Assembly: GCA_030390025.1 (NCBI GenBank)
Contig: CM059432.1
Coordinates: 68,946,001-69,010,000 of the forward strand
DNA length: 64,000 bases
Source of the DNA: Squalus acanthias
Taxonomy: Eukaryota
Direction of reading: 5' to 3'
The translations under genes and the position numbers were made by a program. Under the pieces are notes generated by a model. That model had not been told where the DNA came from. It did no database searches and worked only from the letters and a program-made list of their open reading frames with translations. Of the stretch, positions 26,497-40,164 are shown one piece after another. Every line of letters begins with the position of its first letter. Within the stretch, counting starts at the first letter, position 1.

Positions 26497-26800
26497 GAGC
26501 TCCTCTGATGACTTAGTGGGTAAATGCACTGCCTGTTGTGGCAGTGAGCCATACAAACCAAGAAGGTCTCCGATCCAATCCCTATCACATGACGAATAAG
26601 CTGATCTCAGATGTGGTGGCAGATGGGGTTGTACATTTAGCTTTAGCATCTCTGGACTGAAGAGGAGAAAACATCAGCAAGGGTCTTTGCTCCTGATCAT
26701 TATCATGTGACTACTGCATGAAAGTACACCTGCACGGACTTCGTGTATGGCCATTAGATGATGAAAGGATTGAGATATGCAGTGATACCCTCTGCAGTTG
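26497..26800 (+). mobile_element. Old tRNA-headed SINE (family unassigned)
   Basis: Head GACTTAGTGGGTAAATGCAC..; body GAGGAGAAAACATCAGC. Related degenerate copies at ~14570-14760(-), ~31750-31930(-) and ~35037-35240(+). Confidence 0.45.
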
Positions 26801-27105
26801 ATTAATCTGCTCACTCGCACCATCTAGACTCACGTATGAAGAATGGTCACTTCGGTGAGGTACTGGAGGTCTGCTAGTTCTAAGATCTGGCCATTGTTGA
26901 TGACTGCAGAATCTACTGCTGTGATTTTGTGTTTTGTCAAATAAGGCAAGCAAATCTTTTTAAAAATTGGCATAAAACTGAAACATTCACGGTGCAATAC
27001 TTTATTTGATTGATCCATTCTCTCTGCAATCATGGTCTGTGTGCTTGGAAGGCCTGTCAGTACATCACACATTGTCTGCTGCTCCTCAGTAATTATCCTT
27101 TTCAT

Positions 27106-29016
27106 CATGGCAGAGAAGTCACGAAAGTAAAAGCCCATGGGATCCAAGGCAAAGTGGCAAGTTGGATCCAAAATTGGCTCAGAGGCAGGAAACAAAGGGT
27201 AATGGTCGAAGGGAGTTTTTGTGACTGGAAGGCTGTTTCCAGTGGGGTTCCACAGGGCTCAATACTGGGTCCTTTGCTTTTTGTGGTATATATCAATGAT
27301 TTAGACGTGAATGTAGGGGGTATGATTAAGAAGTTTGCAGATGATACAAAAATTGGCCATGTGGTTGATAATGAAGAAGAAAGCTGTAGACTGCAGGAAG
27401 ATATCAATGGACTGGTCAGGTGGGCAGAAAAGTGGCAAATGGAATTCAATCTGGAGAAGTGTGAGATCATGCATTTGGGGAGGGCTAACAAGGCAAGGGA
27501 ATACACACTGGCCTAGAAATTCGCGTGGCCGGCTTGCCGCGGGGGTAAGGATCGCGCGCGCTCTTACCCACTGCGCCTGCCGTTGTGTTTTGGGCCCACA
27601 GGAACTTCGGGTCCCGGGCCTCTCCCTAGTGCCGGCGCGCAGTGCTTGCGTGTTCCAGGGGCGCAGTTAGTGCGATGCGACCCCTGGGATCACGTGGGCC
27701 ATGGAGAGCCAATGGCAGCAGACCATCTTTCATTCATAGACCTGTCAAATCTGTGAATTGAAATCGGCCCCAAAAGAACAGCTAAACCTCAAATAAATTA
27801 AAAAAAAACCATCACATTTATAAAATAACTATAGTTAAATAAATTAACCACTTTAAACAAAAATTTTAATTTTTGAAAAAATTTAAATACTTTTTAAAAG
27901 TTATAAAAATAAACTTACCTTTCTTTAAAGTCTCTAAAAAAGATAAAGCTGTTGAAAAAAATTTAAAATTATACTTAATTAACTACTTACCTTGTTCAAA
28001 AGGGGTCTTACGCCTCCTTTTTACTAGCGTAGAATCTTCAATACTTACCCTCGCGTTGAAACCTGAAAAAAAATCTAAGTGTGCTGCGTGCACGCAGCCT
28101 CTAGCGCGCACGCGGTTCACCTAGGAACCGCCCCCTTCACCATACCGGAAGTGCCGGTTTCCCGCGCATGCGCAGTGCATGCAGGAAACCGGCACTTTGG
28201 GAATGAATACGGGTGAGTACGGACTGTGTACTCACCCGGGAACGGCCGAATTTTTGGGCCACTAAATGGTAGGACACTGAGAAGTGCAGAAGATCAGATG
28301 GACCTTGGAGTGCATGTCCACAGATCCCTGAAGGTAGCAGGATAGGTAGATAAGGTGGTTAAGAAGGCATATGGGATACTTGCCTTTATTAGCCAAGGCA
28401 TAGAATATAAGAGCAGGGGGGTTATGCTTGAACTGTATAAAACACTAGTTAGGCCTCAGCTAGAATACTGCGTACAGTTCTAGTCACCACATTACAGGGA
28501 GGATGTGATTGCACTAGAGGGGGTACAGAGGAGATTTACGAGGATATTGCCTGGGCTGGGAATTTTAGTTATGAGGAAAGAATGGACAGGCTGGGGTTGT
28601 TTTCTTTGGAACAGAGGAGGCTGAGGGGAGACCTAATTGAGGTGTATAAAATTATGAGGGGCCTAGATAGAGTGGATAGGAAGGACCTATTTCCCTTAGC
28701 AGAAGGGTCAATAACCAGGAGCATAGATTTAAAGTAATTGGTAGAAGGATTAGAGGGGAGTTGAGGAGAAATTTTTTCACCCAGTGGGTGGTGGGGGTCT
28801 GGAATTCACTGCCTGAAAGGATGGTAGAGGCAGAGACCCTCATCACATTTAAAAAGTACTTGGATATGCACTTGAAGTGCCATAACCTACAAGGCTACGG
28901 ACCAAGAGCTGGAAAGTGGGATTAGGGTGGATAGCTCTTTGTCGGCCGGCACGGACAAGATGGGCCAAATGGCCTCCTTCTGTGCTGTAAATTTCTATGA
29001 TTCTATGATTCTATGA
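27106..29016 (+). mobile_element. 5'-truncated CR1 LINE (RT to 3' tail), split by a MITE
   Basis: GVPQGSILGPLLF, FADDTK, KWQMEFN. Tail (ATTCTATG)n at ~28993-29016. Confidence 0.92.
27510..28260. mobile_element. Harbinger-type MITE, family A
   Basis: Termini GGCCTAGAAATTCG / CGAATTTTTGGGCC, TSD ACT. Removing it restores CR1 EYTLNGR. Confidence 0.9.
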
Positions 29017-30242
29017 ATGGTCCTCGGGGTACAGTATCTTTGTCCAGCTGAGCAGAGCCTGGAGGGGGCTGCGCCCTCCGACGCAGACTCTCCACAGCTT
29101 TCCCTGCCACCACCATCTGCTCTTGCTCACTTGTGAAGTGTGAGTCACCAGGTGAAACCCCAACTATCTCTCTTACTTGTCCCACCAAAATGTGAGTATC
29201 TGAGCTGGTGCATGGTCTGCATGAGTCCTGTAACGCTGCACCCTCAGAACGAAAGAGCTTCTCTGAGGGTTCATCGTCTATGAGGTCCACCTACTATTGC
29301 TGCACGCATGAAGTTCCTGTTGGAGAGAAAAGGTATGAATTAGTACTGGCAAGGTATCATTATGAACATGATCATATTTCACTCGCTGTTGAAATCAAGT
29401 CAACATGACTGAGTGCCGTATGACATGTGGGTCGCTGATATTTATTTGTGTTACCGGGTAGCTGGGAGATCCCCGTCTCCCCATCTCCGACAGCCAGGGA
29501 TGCCAAAATGCCACTGATCTCCAGTGCTTCCTCCTCTGCAGTTGCAGCTGTGAGATCTGTGGAGGACCACCTCCGGTTCTCTCCCTCTCCCTCGTGTTCT
29601 GTGCTCTCTTCTCCTGCAATGGGGAAAAGAGCAGACCTATGAGTGACTGTAATGGCATGTGTTCACCCGATGGATGCAGTGCATTTGGTGAGGATGACTA
29701 TCAGGGAGAGGCATGAAATTGCAGAGGGGTGAGGGTGAGTGGCAGAAGTGGATGGATAGATGGGCAGAAGAGAAAGTGCATAGAAAGAGATGGGTGCACG
29801 TGCAAGTTGGTGTGAGGAGTGATGTGATGGAGTAGGTGTGACAAGGCAGAGTGAGAGGGTGGGGTGTTGCGCACAGCAGGATGTAAGTGAATGTGCAACT
29901 GCACTCACCTTTCCTGACCTGGTTAGGCTATTAAAGTGCTTCCTGCTCTGAAGCCAGGAGCGTGGCACTATGCTCCTCCTGCTGACCTCCTGGGCCACCT
30001 CCAGTCATGTCTTCTTTGTGGCAGCAGCAGATTTATTCCTCCCGTTGCTGGGGAAGAGTATCTCTCTCCAGCTCCTCATTGCCCCCAGCAGTACATCGAA
30101 GGAGACATCATTAAAGCGGGACGCAGGCCTTTGAGCGTCCTGAGTCCATTGTGAAATTGCTGTCTCTGTGCCTAACCACTCAACTCCTCCAAATTCCATC
30201 TTTGGATTGGCCCCTTAAATACTGGAGCTGAGATCGCGTCAT

Positions 30243-31365
30243 TTAAAAAAAATTCATTCATGGGATGTGGGCGTCGCTGGCAAGGCCAGCATTTCTTGCC
30301 CATCCCTAATTGCCCTTGAGAAGGTGGTGGTGAGCCACCTTCTTGAACCGCTGCAGTCTGTGTGGTGAAGGTACTCCCACAGTGCTGTTAGGTAGGGAGT
30401 TCCAGGATTTTGACCCAGCGACGATGAGGGATCGGCGATATACTACCAAGTCAGGATGGCATGTGACTTGGCGGGGAACTTGGAGGTGGTGGTGTTCCCA
30501 TGCGCCTGCTGCCCTTGTCCTTCTAGATGGAAGAGGTCGTGGGTTTGGGAGGTGCTGCCGAAGAAGCCTTGGTGAGTTGCTGCAGTGCATCTTGTAGATG
30601 GTGCACACTGCAGCCACGGTATGCCGGTGGTGGAGGGAGTGAATGTTTAAGGTGGTGGATAGGGTGCCAATCAAGCGGGCTGCTTTGTCCTGGATGGTGC
30701 CGAGCTTCTTGAGTGTTGTTGGAGCTGCACTCGTCCAGGCAAGTGGAGAATATTCCATCACACTCCTTACTTGTGCCTTGTAGATGGTGGAAAGCCTTTG
30801 GGGAGTCAGAAGGTGAGACACTTGCCATAGAATACCTAGCCTCTGACGTGCTCTTGTTGCCACAGTATTTATGTGGCTGGTCCAGTTAAGTTTCTGGTCA
30901 ATGGTGACCCCCCAGGATGTTGATGGTGGGGGATTAGGCGATGGTAATGCCATTGAATGTCAAGGGGTGGTGGTTAGACTCTCGCTTGTTGGAGATAGTC
31001 ATTGCCTGGCACTTCTGTGGCACGAATGTTACCTGCCACTTATCAGCACAAGCCTGAACATCGTCTAGGTCTTGCTGCATGCAGGCATGGACTGCTTCAT
31101 TATCTGAGGAGTTGTCAATGGCACTGAACACTGTGCAGTCATCAGCGAACATCCCCATTTCTGACCTTATGTTGGAGGGAAGGCCATTGATGAAGCAGCT
31201 GAAGATGTTTGGGCCTAGGACATTGCCCTGAAGAAGTCCTGCAGCGATGCCCTGTGGCTGAGATGACTGACCTTCAACCACCACAACCATCTTCCTTTGT
31301 GCTAGGTATGACTGCAGCCAGTGGAGCGTTTCCCTCCCGATTCCCATTGACTTCAGTTTTATTAG
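30243..31365 (-). mobile_element. 5'-truncated LINE, same family as 21098-22285
   Basis: ORFs 30934-31347 (MFADDCTV) and 30306-30953 (IYKAQVRSVMEY). Reverse complement of the 21.3-22.3 kb copy. Confidence 0.85.
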
Positions 31366-32977
31366 TCATGCAGGTGCACACCACGCCCACTGCCACACAA
31401 CCAACGCCAAACCTGGAAGTAAAATGATAGTGAGATGGCTGCGTCAAAATGCTATAGACAGATGCACTGAACTTACTTCCAGGTTTCCCACGTGATATTG
31501 GAACCACCCCTCCTCCCCCCACCCCACACTCCCAACGCACCTTTGAATTATATCGGGGCCATAGAATTAATAATAATGAAAATATTCTTTCCTCCACGCC
31601 TGAAAGCCTCGACTCCTCACTCAAGTAACGAATACTCATATGTGATGGTGGATAGTGAAGTTCCAACAGACCATTTGGTTGAGGGGAACATTACACTTGA
31701 GCCCCATCCTCTCCTCACTAAATATCTACAGACACATTTCGAGCAGAGATAATGAGCAACAGGAGGAATCCTGCCCGATTTCCCCATCCTAACCAATGGA
31801 CACTGAGGCCCATTGTAATGCTTCTACTACTTGGTTGAGACTAGCTAACTCAACAAAGATCAAAATGTTTGGCCTTTCTGGCATCATTGGCTCAGCTACT
31901 CACTGCACATGCTCACTGAGCATTAGGGAAAGCCTTGGAAGAATTTAGTTTACGCAGAACTAACATACAAGTATATTTAAAACATTAGAATGCTGCATTT
32001 CCTTCAGAAGATCTGGAAATTTGTGGGATGAACAAACAGCTTTTGGAGACTTTCTCATTTCAGTCTGATTCAAGCTCAGCCAAGGCCATCAAATCTCAAC
32101 ATAACCAAGTCCAGAAAGCTCCGTCCTTTTACCTCATTGCAATGGAAACATTTTGTACTAGTTCCAATTTCTTTCTCCTGGAAAAAAAACTGAAAACCTC
32201 CAACCCAAACCAAGGAAAGCTGATTTTCTTTGTTCACTGTACCAGCCAAGTTTGGAGAAGGAAAGTACGGGCGTGGGGAGGCGGGGGAGGTGGCGGGGTG
32301 GGTGTGGTTGGTGGGGTGGTGGAGGCGGGGGGGGGGATTTTATACTTGGCAATACAATTTTCTACATTATGTTTGAACAGATCTGAATTTACAGCACTCA
32401 TGTTAAACAGGAATGTAATGAATGCTGGAATAGCTCCCATTGTTGAATCAGAACAGGAAGCTTACAAAGGAACTTTACTTCAGAATATGGCTTCATCAAG
32501 TACACTATGAAAGCAAAAGCATATTAAAACACTTCACTATGGGATTTGGAGCTCCTTTTTTGATTCTCCACTACAGGTTAGTGAATTAAATGGTGCAAAC
32601 ATCACTGAATATTCAAATGAATATTTAAAACTTAAAAGTTTTGTGTAGAGTTCAATAACTGGAGGAAGGGGTCATGTAACGGTCACGCTGTAATTTTGGT
32701 TTAAAGTTTATCCTGAGTTTAGGGCATTTCACTTCAGTTACCACTCACTTCATGTCAGAGTATACTGAAAATTTTAACCCTTTAAATCTATATGTACAAT
32801 TGCATAGAACAGATGGAATAGCAACATGATAAGATATTTCAGCTGAGAGACAAATGGCTAAAATGGGTACAACATGTAGTGGCTATGTTACTGGACAAGA
32901 AGTTGGAACATGGTTCCAGAGGCATCAGCAAGCCTCTGATACTTCATCCAAGTGACCATTCTTATCTGTGAGACAGA

Positions 32978-33335
32978 GGGCTGGATTTTGAATGACCCAT
33001 AGCGTTGGGTTTGGAGGCGTGTGGGGGGTTAAATTTGTGGGGTCGGGGATCCCGACCCCATCCCGACTCCACGCAATTTTGACAAAATCAGTTGCGGAGT
33101 TCCCGACTCCGTCCCACCTCCGTCCCACCTCCAAGAGGCGGGAGAGGCCATTAAAGCCCTTAACAAGCCCTAAATTGGCTCTGTAATGCAATTTTGAAAT
33201 GTTTTAGCTAGTTTAACCTTTTGCCGACGTGAAGTACGCCTGGTGTCAAACACTCCAGTGAAACCTGGCGGGAGCACAAGTGGATAGCTGACTATCAGCC
33301 AACGGAGATGTGATGAAGGTAGTAGTAGTTTATTT

Positions 33336-33381
<46 letters not shown>

Positions 33382-33589
33382 CAGACAGTCTCTGAGACCA
33401 GGCAGTCAGCAATGATGACATCATCAGAGGCAACTTTCAGACTGAAACCACTAATTAGTTCATGGGTTCCCACATGCTGGAACTCAATTGCCCAATTAAG
33501 TGAAAATTGCATCATTCATCCACATTAATCTGGAGTTGGGGGGGGGACACGAAATGCGGATGACATGACCCCAAGACAAAATCCAGCCC
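32978..33589. mobile_element. Harbinger-type MITE containing a (CT)n microsatellite
   Basis: Perfect 13-bp TIR GGGCTGGATTTTG / CAAAATCCAGCCC, TSD AGA. Confidence 0.85.
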
Positions 33590-33762
33590 AGAGTGTCAAC
33601 AGGGTATTTGACCATGGGGGTCATCACAGTCAGGCTCAATCTGACCTCATCAAACAGTTGCATTTGTGCACTTTCCAGCAAGAGTCATTGGCTAGTGATG
33701 AGAAGTATAGCTGATTTCTTCCCCTCCTGGCCAGAGTTGCTGAGGTCAATTGGAGCACTCAA

Positions 33763-34062
33763 GGCCTGCGTCGCTGGCAAGGCCAGCATTTATTGCCCAT
33801 CCCTAATTACCCTTGAGAAGGTGGCGGTGAGCTGCCTTCTTGAACCGCTGCAGTCCGTGTGGTGAAGGTACTCCCGCAGTGCTGTTAGGGAGGGAGTTCC
33901 AGGATTTTGACCCAGCGACGATGAAAGAACGGCGGGCGATATATTTCCAAGTCAGGATGGTGTGTGACTTGTAAGGGAACTTGGAGGTGGTGGTGTTCTC
34001 ATGCACCTGCTGTCCTTGTCCTTCTAGATGGTAGAGGTCGCTGGTTTGGGAGGTGCTGCCGA
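33763..34062 (-). mobile_element. 3' fragment of the third-family LINE
   Basis: Matches ~30270-30562. Confidence 0.8.
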
Positions 34063-34412
34063 ATCTGAGTTCAAACCCCACCATAGCAATTTGAGAATTT
34101 GAATACAGATTCAAATATCAGTAAAAGTGACAATGACACTGTTGGATTGTTGTAAAAACTCAACTGGTTCACTAATATCCGTTATGGGAGCAAACCCACC
34201 ATTCTCACCTGGTTTGGCCTATATGTGACTCCAGTCTCATGTTGTTGACTCCTAACTCCCCTCTGAAGTGGCCTAGCAAATTACTACAAAGAATACCACA
34301 CAAATTGTAGTGATTCAAGAAGGCACACCACCACCTTCTCAGGGTAACTAGGATGGACAATGAAAAGTGGCCTTGGCAGTGATGCCCACATCCTGAAAGT
34401 GATTTTTTTTTA
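34063..34412 (+). mobile_element. SINE sharing its 3' tail with the third-family LINE (second copy at 38871-39200)
   Basis: B-box-like GAGTTCAAA(C/T). Tail CCACCACCTTCTCAGGGTAACTAGG..GATGCCCACATCC matches the LINE tail at 22200-22270. Confidence 0.6.
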
Positions 34413-34548
34413 AATGAAAGGTGGACTATGGTGCTTTGAGACTGGTGTCGTGCAAGTCAGAAAACACTGACTACAAGGCCAAGGTTTTGTGTACTAATAT
34501 GAGGGTGACAATTTATATATTCCCTTGCACAATGAAACCCAACTATTC

Positions 34549-34920
34549 CATAGAAACATAGAAACATAGAATCTAGGAGCAGGAGTAGGCCATTCGGCCC
34601 GTCGAGCCTGCTCCGCCATTCAATACGATCATGGCTGATCATCCAAAATCCAGTACCCTGTCCCTGCTTTAATCCCCACAGTACACATATCCCACCCTAC
34701 CCCCGTAACCCCACGTATTTAATTCCCCCTAACATATCCCATCCTATCCCCATAACCCCACATATTTAATCCCCCCTAACACTAAGGGTCAATTTATCAT
34801 AGCCAAATCAACCTAACCCACACATTTTTGGACTGTGGGAGGAAACCGGAGCACCCGGAGGAAACCCACGCAGACACGGGGAGAATGTGCAAACTCCACA
34901 CAGACAGTCACCCGAGGTCA
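34549..34920 (-). mobile_element. CR1-type tail joined to a 5'-truncated HE1/V-SINE
   Basis: (CATAGAAA)n tail. V-domain reverse complement GGACTGTGGGAGGAAACCGGAGCACCCGGAGGAAACCCACGCAGACACGGGGAGAATGTGCAAACTCCACACAG. Confidence 0.8.
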
Positions 34921-35800
34921 GATTCCCATTAATAGAAAATATAATTTTGTGTTGTACTCTCTGCTTTATAGCCCAGCTGTCTATTCTGTAAACCCACTCT
35001 CTATACTTGTTAATCTGCAGAAAAGATAGGGTAAGCCTGTGCTGAGTTTGCAGATTTCAGCAGTTGAAGCGCTCCAATTGACCTCAGCAACTCTCGCCAG
35101 GAGGAGAAGAAAATCAGCCATACTTCTCATCACTAGCCAATAACTCTTGCTGGAAAGTGCACAAATGCAACTGTTTGACGAGGTCAGATTGAGCCTGACT
35201 GTGATGACCCCCATGGTCAAATACCCTGTTGACACTCACTGTCTCACAGATAAGAATGGTCACCTGGATGAAGTATCAGAGGCTTGCTGATGCCTCTGGA
35301 ACCGTGTTCCAACTTCTTCAGGGGAAAGGAGAGAAAATTGAAAAAAATATACTGACAAATCCCCTTCACCCTGAAAACTCCACTGAAACACAAGACAAAA
35401 AAAGAAATGAGCTGGTATTCCCTGCAACGTGCTACTATATACTTTCAGCTAACAAGTCCAAAGTCCATATCTTCTTGATGGATCGATGGAAGGGAAAAGC
35501 ACTTTGAAAAAACAGAAAGTAAATCAAGAAGAGCATGAGAATATTTAGGAACAGGAAAAGCCCATTGAGCCAACAACCCTTTTTGATAGACTAACGCCTC
35601 CCACCCGACATAAATGACAAAGGAATGAAAATCAAGTGCTGAAGAAGTGCCAAATTAGAATTATTATCTGGTTGAATATAATTTTGCTTTATTTCTCCTT
35701 TAGAATAACTTTTGCACACACAAAAAAGTCTTTAAATCAACATTATGAACTTTGCTCTTAGGTATATAGTTGTACCAAAAATGGGCAAATTCAAGGTACT

Positions 35801-37713
35801 GGCCGGGAAATTGGAGCTATTAGCGCCGGACATTAAGGCCGGTTTGGAAGAAAAAATGGCGGCCGCCTCGTTTCTGCCCGTTTCCGGCATGGAACGTGAT
35901 GGCCGCCATTTTGGGCAGGTCAGCAGCGCTGCCGTTGCCTGCGCTCGCTTCGCATAGTTAAATGATACAGATCGTGACGTCAATCGGAGTGCAACGCTGA
36001 ATTGATGCACGATCTGAGATTTTGGACATTGCCACTCTTACTAATGCCCTCTCCAAACCACGCATGGCAGAACGTGCGTGCAGCAATATGACAGGCCCGC
36101 TGCCAGCACTTCTTAAAGGGACACACACAACTTTCAGGTAAGTTTAGGTTTTCACTTTTGTACTGGTTTCTTTACATTTTATCGGAGTAGTGGCTTGGTG
36201 CAAGACATAAAAAAAATTATTAAAGTGTTCAGGGAGTGCAGTGAGTGCTGCTGGATGTTTACAAGGATTTGGCTCTTAAAGGAAGGCCACTTGCTCCCAG
36301 TCCTGGGGGCTCTAGTTGCAGTCCCCCTTGGACTGCAGTATAACATGGAGATGCAGCAGAGGCAGCAAAGGAGATAAGCTGCTAGCAGAGGGAGGAGGAG
36401 GAGGAAGAGGAAGAAGCAGAAGAGGAAGAAGCAGAAGAGAAAAAAGGAGAAGAGGAAGAAATGGAAGGCCTTTCTGGCCGGGATATCTGGGATCGAATCA
36501 TCCGCCTCCGGTATCAATGACCACAATCCCAATTCCCCTATCAACATGTGTCCTACACCTTACCTTCCCTCTGTTACTGACCATCACAGCGTCCTCTTGG
36601 CCACAATGCTGAAATAAAAGCCACCATAAAGCAAACTTTCCAATCCAACTTTATCCATATATGCATCCAATATTACATCAAAAAAATCAACTAATCACAC
36701 TGGTGCATTCCCTTAGTTATTGTCTTGCCTGTGCCTTTGCCTATCCTAGTGATGTTGCGCAGTGCTACCCCAGTGGCTGCAGCATGGCTGGTGGAAGGTT
36801 GCTGACTTTCAGTGGGGGACACTGCAGATGGCCTTGCAGGACAACCTCGAGGAGCTGGTGGCTGGGAGTGTGAAATCGAGTGACAATGTTTCTTATTCTT
36901 CTTCTACACTCTCCTCTCCCTCTTCTTGGTCAACCACTGGCTGGGCGGGCTGCATTTGTTGGGTGTCTGAAATGAGGGAGGCAAAAGGGTAGGGTTGTGG
37001 TGAGGGGAGAGGGTTAAAGCAAGAGGTACATGCTTACACTACATGCAGCTTGTAAATCAAAAGATATTGTGGGATGAGGAGGAAGTGGGATATGAGGAGG
37101 ATAACATTTGAGGATGCCAGCATCTTGTATTCTTTCAACTTCTTTGGGCACTGGAGCAGGTCCTGGGGGAGACACTGCTGGCAGTGACGGCCTCAGCGAT
37201 CTGGTCCCACACCCTTCTTTCTGGAGGGCCTCCTGGCTTCCTGTGGGTAGAGGACCTCTCTTCCAGTGTTTTCCCCTGCACAAAGCTGGAGTGTTGCATC
37301 CGGGACTCTGTGTGCGCTTTCCTTGGCCTGTTCAGCCATTTGTGTTAGTGCTGAAGCACTTTTACCATTTTTGATCAGCAGAAGGTGGCTCACTTTTAAG
37401 AGGTGCAGACTACCTATGCTGAAGTAATTTTAATTTTTTTAATCTGCAAAAGGTAGCTCAACTTGAAGAGCTGCAGACTACCTTTAAGAGGAGCAGGCCA
37501 AATTTAAGTAAAGCTAACCTCGCTCCAGCAACGTGAACTTAGGGCCCCTGCTGAGCGCCCATCCTGTCAGCAGCACATTCAGCGCTAGGTGGTGCGCTAC
37601 AATCATGATAATTTGCAGGCAGCACGAAGTTGATGTGCATTTTGAACAGGTGCGAGCATACCTCACATTGCGGTGCTCGCGCCCTTTTTTTGTCGTTAGC
37701 AAATTTCCCGGCC
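35801..37713 (+). mobile_element. Internally deleted Harbinger derivative
   Basis: Perfect 12-bp TIR GGCCGGGAAATT / AATTTCCCGGCC, TSD ACT. Myb exon-1 remnant on - (MAEQAKESAHR.., ~37340-37100). ~185-375 resembles its left end in reverse. Confidence 0.85.
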
Positions 37714-39427
37714 ACTGTGTCCAGTACTGAATCAGTGAGTCAGTGAATGTAATGAATACAGTAATATTTGCTGCCCCCTTTTTTAACTCTCTGTTTCCCC
37801 CAGCAGTTTGGCATTATTTCGATAGCTATCCATGGGTCAAGGTCGAGACCGCCTTGAAACAACTGGGATTGTTTTATTTTAGCACTGACTGGCACTTTAG
37901 GTTCCTTCCCATCATGCTCAGGGCTGGGAAACAGGTGACATTTGGAAGCTTGCCATCAAGAATGAGGCCAGGCGTCCTCAGCTGCAGCAGAACTTATCAC
38001 ATTTGGTATTACAGCCGTTTCCTCCAGAAAGTCCAGGGTCATTCTGAATTGCTGTAGACAAGTCTGCCTGCATCCCAGAGCAAGTGTCTGGAGGATTTTA
38101 CAGATTCATTTTTTTCTGGTACCTGTCTTATCCAATGTAATATTTAAATTGTTTACTTGTAACAAAGACTTTCCTGTCTGATCTCCTTAAATTTTACTAA
38201 CTGAAATCTCAGATTCCATAGGTTGATGATTAGTCTAAAAGCAGAGTAGAATTTCAGGTTCCCAAACCATGCTGCTCCCTTGTCAGGCCCGATAGTACTT
38301 CCTTCCTGCCCTCTCATGACTTCCTGCCTGGGGCCTTATCACTGCAAAAAAATGTTATGTACTTGCTGTATGGCAGAGGTTGGTTGCAACTCCTTAAATG
38401 GTAATCTTAGCCTTGACTATGAAGTGAAGGAGTAACTTTAAAATAATTGTCACCATTTTTGAGGTTCTGATGATATAATTTAATAAAAGTGTTTTCTCTA
38501 ATTTAATATGAAGTCTCTGCAGATGTAAACATTAAAATGTGTCATAATGTTTTGTGTTTGTTAATATTCCATTGTGTTTATTTTTGTCTTGTAACATTGT
38601 TGCCAGATTATAGCCTGTCTGTTCCTGATAGTAGCTATGTTTGTGTTAGGGCACGGGTCAATCTGATAACAGTTTGTAGCATCGGTATGATAAGAAATGT
38701 TTAAAATGGGAATGATCCAGAACTACTAATCTTCTGACAAAATCACCACACAATCAACAAAACTTTTTCTTAAAAGAACTTCAAGGTTTAAACGTAAAAT
38801 CGTGATATTGAATGACTGTAGTAATGACTTCTGAGTTTTTGTGTACTTACCAGGGTACTGTACTGTACTCTACTAATAATCCAGGGAATACGAGTTCAAA
38901 TGCCACCATGTTAGTTTGAGAATTTTAATTCTGTTTAAAAAATCTGGAAATAAAAAGCTGATATCAGTTAAAGTGACCATGAAGCTGTTGGATTGTTGTA
39001 AAAACCCAACTGGTTCACGAATGTTATTTAGGAAAGGAAACATGCCTTCCTTACCCAGTTTGGCCGATATGTGACTCCAGTCCCACACCAATGTGGTTGA
39101 CTCTTAACTGCCCTCTGAGTGACCAAGCAATCTACTCAGGGATGGACAATAAATGCCGGCCTTGCCAGCGATGTTCACATCCCGAGAATGAATTTAAAAA
39201 GTACTGAAAGCAGATTTAAACATGCCTTCAAAATTTGGCTGATAACACTTCTGTGAAGCATCTTGGGACATTTTACTATGTTAAAGGTGCTATATAAATG
39301 CAAATTGTTGTTGCCTTAAGTTTGTAAATATTTCATAACTTTCTTACACTTCCCATTGCATTGCAGTATTTTGCACAAGTCTGGTATTTTAAAATTACTG
39401 GTGCAAATGTTCCTTCTAAGGCTTGCA

Positions 39428-39783
39428 TCGCGGCCATTTTTGTTGCTGGCCGCCTGCCAGCACCTGCCCCCATTGCTGTCCCCGGCCCCTGTGAAGCCTC
39501 TTGAGTGCCAGGCTCGTTTGCCGGCACACCCGATCCCTGGTGGCCCAGCTGGGCACCGGGACGCGCTGTGCCAGGCCCCTCCCCTTTAATAAGGGGAGGA
39601 AGGCCTGCAGTACCGCGGCACGTAGCGCTGCGATATTGGCTCGCAGCGCCCCAAGAGGGACGCGGGGTGCTTCCAGTAGCGCCCCTCCTCCCTCTCGGGG
39701 CGCTACCTGGGAAAATCGGCCGCAGGGGCGCTAACTTTTTCGGGGCACTAAAATTAGAAGGGGCGCTACCCAATTTTTACCCC
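39428..39783. mobile_element. Partial copy of MITE family C
   Basis: Aligns to 17654-18107. Right terminus CCAATTTTTACCCC. Confidence 0.85.
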
Positions 39784-40164
39784 ATACCTATTCTTAAACA
39801 GTCTCCCATGTTGAAGACAATGGCATCAATTTTTGTATGGAGCATATATCGAGCAGAAGGTGGACAGGGCATCCACATCATTGAGGTGGCAGGAGGCCGA
39901 TCAATCTTTGTTGTCAATCCTCTTTAATACTGAATGAGTGAGATGCCAGCACTACTTGAGCTCCTTATAGGCAGCTCTCCAACTGGGAATGTGGGAAATC
40001 CAGTGGGGTGACCAGTGTTGACAGGCCTGCAAGCAACATTTTAAAGGGAAGGGGTGGAAGCGTGAGAATGAAATGGAGCAGCAGGGAAAGTTTTGCAGTG
40101 CCTATGGCAGAAAGGAGATGAAACATTGGAAGCCTTTAACGCTCAAAATACACATGATACTGCC

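Larger units (their letters stand above)
27009..31560 (-). mobile_element. Harbinger family B, Myb-side half, interrupted by CR1 and the third-family LINE
   Basis: The terminus at 31560 (revcomp GGCCCCGATATAATTCAAAGGTGCG) matches 14838. Myb exons at 29017-30200 (RFNDVSFDVLLGAMRSWREILFP, WLQSRKHFNSLTRSGK|gtgagt, EKRAQNTRERERTGGGPP). 27009-27100 matches 16235-16315. Confidence 0.85.
32897..35318. repeat. Local inverted duplication: arms 32897-33762 (minus the MITE) and 35064-35318
   Basis: The arms are ~255-bp reverse complements with few mismatches. ORFs 33593(+) and 34981(-) translate almost identically. Confidence 0.9.
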
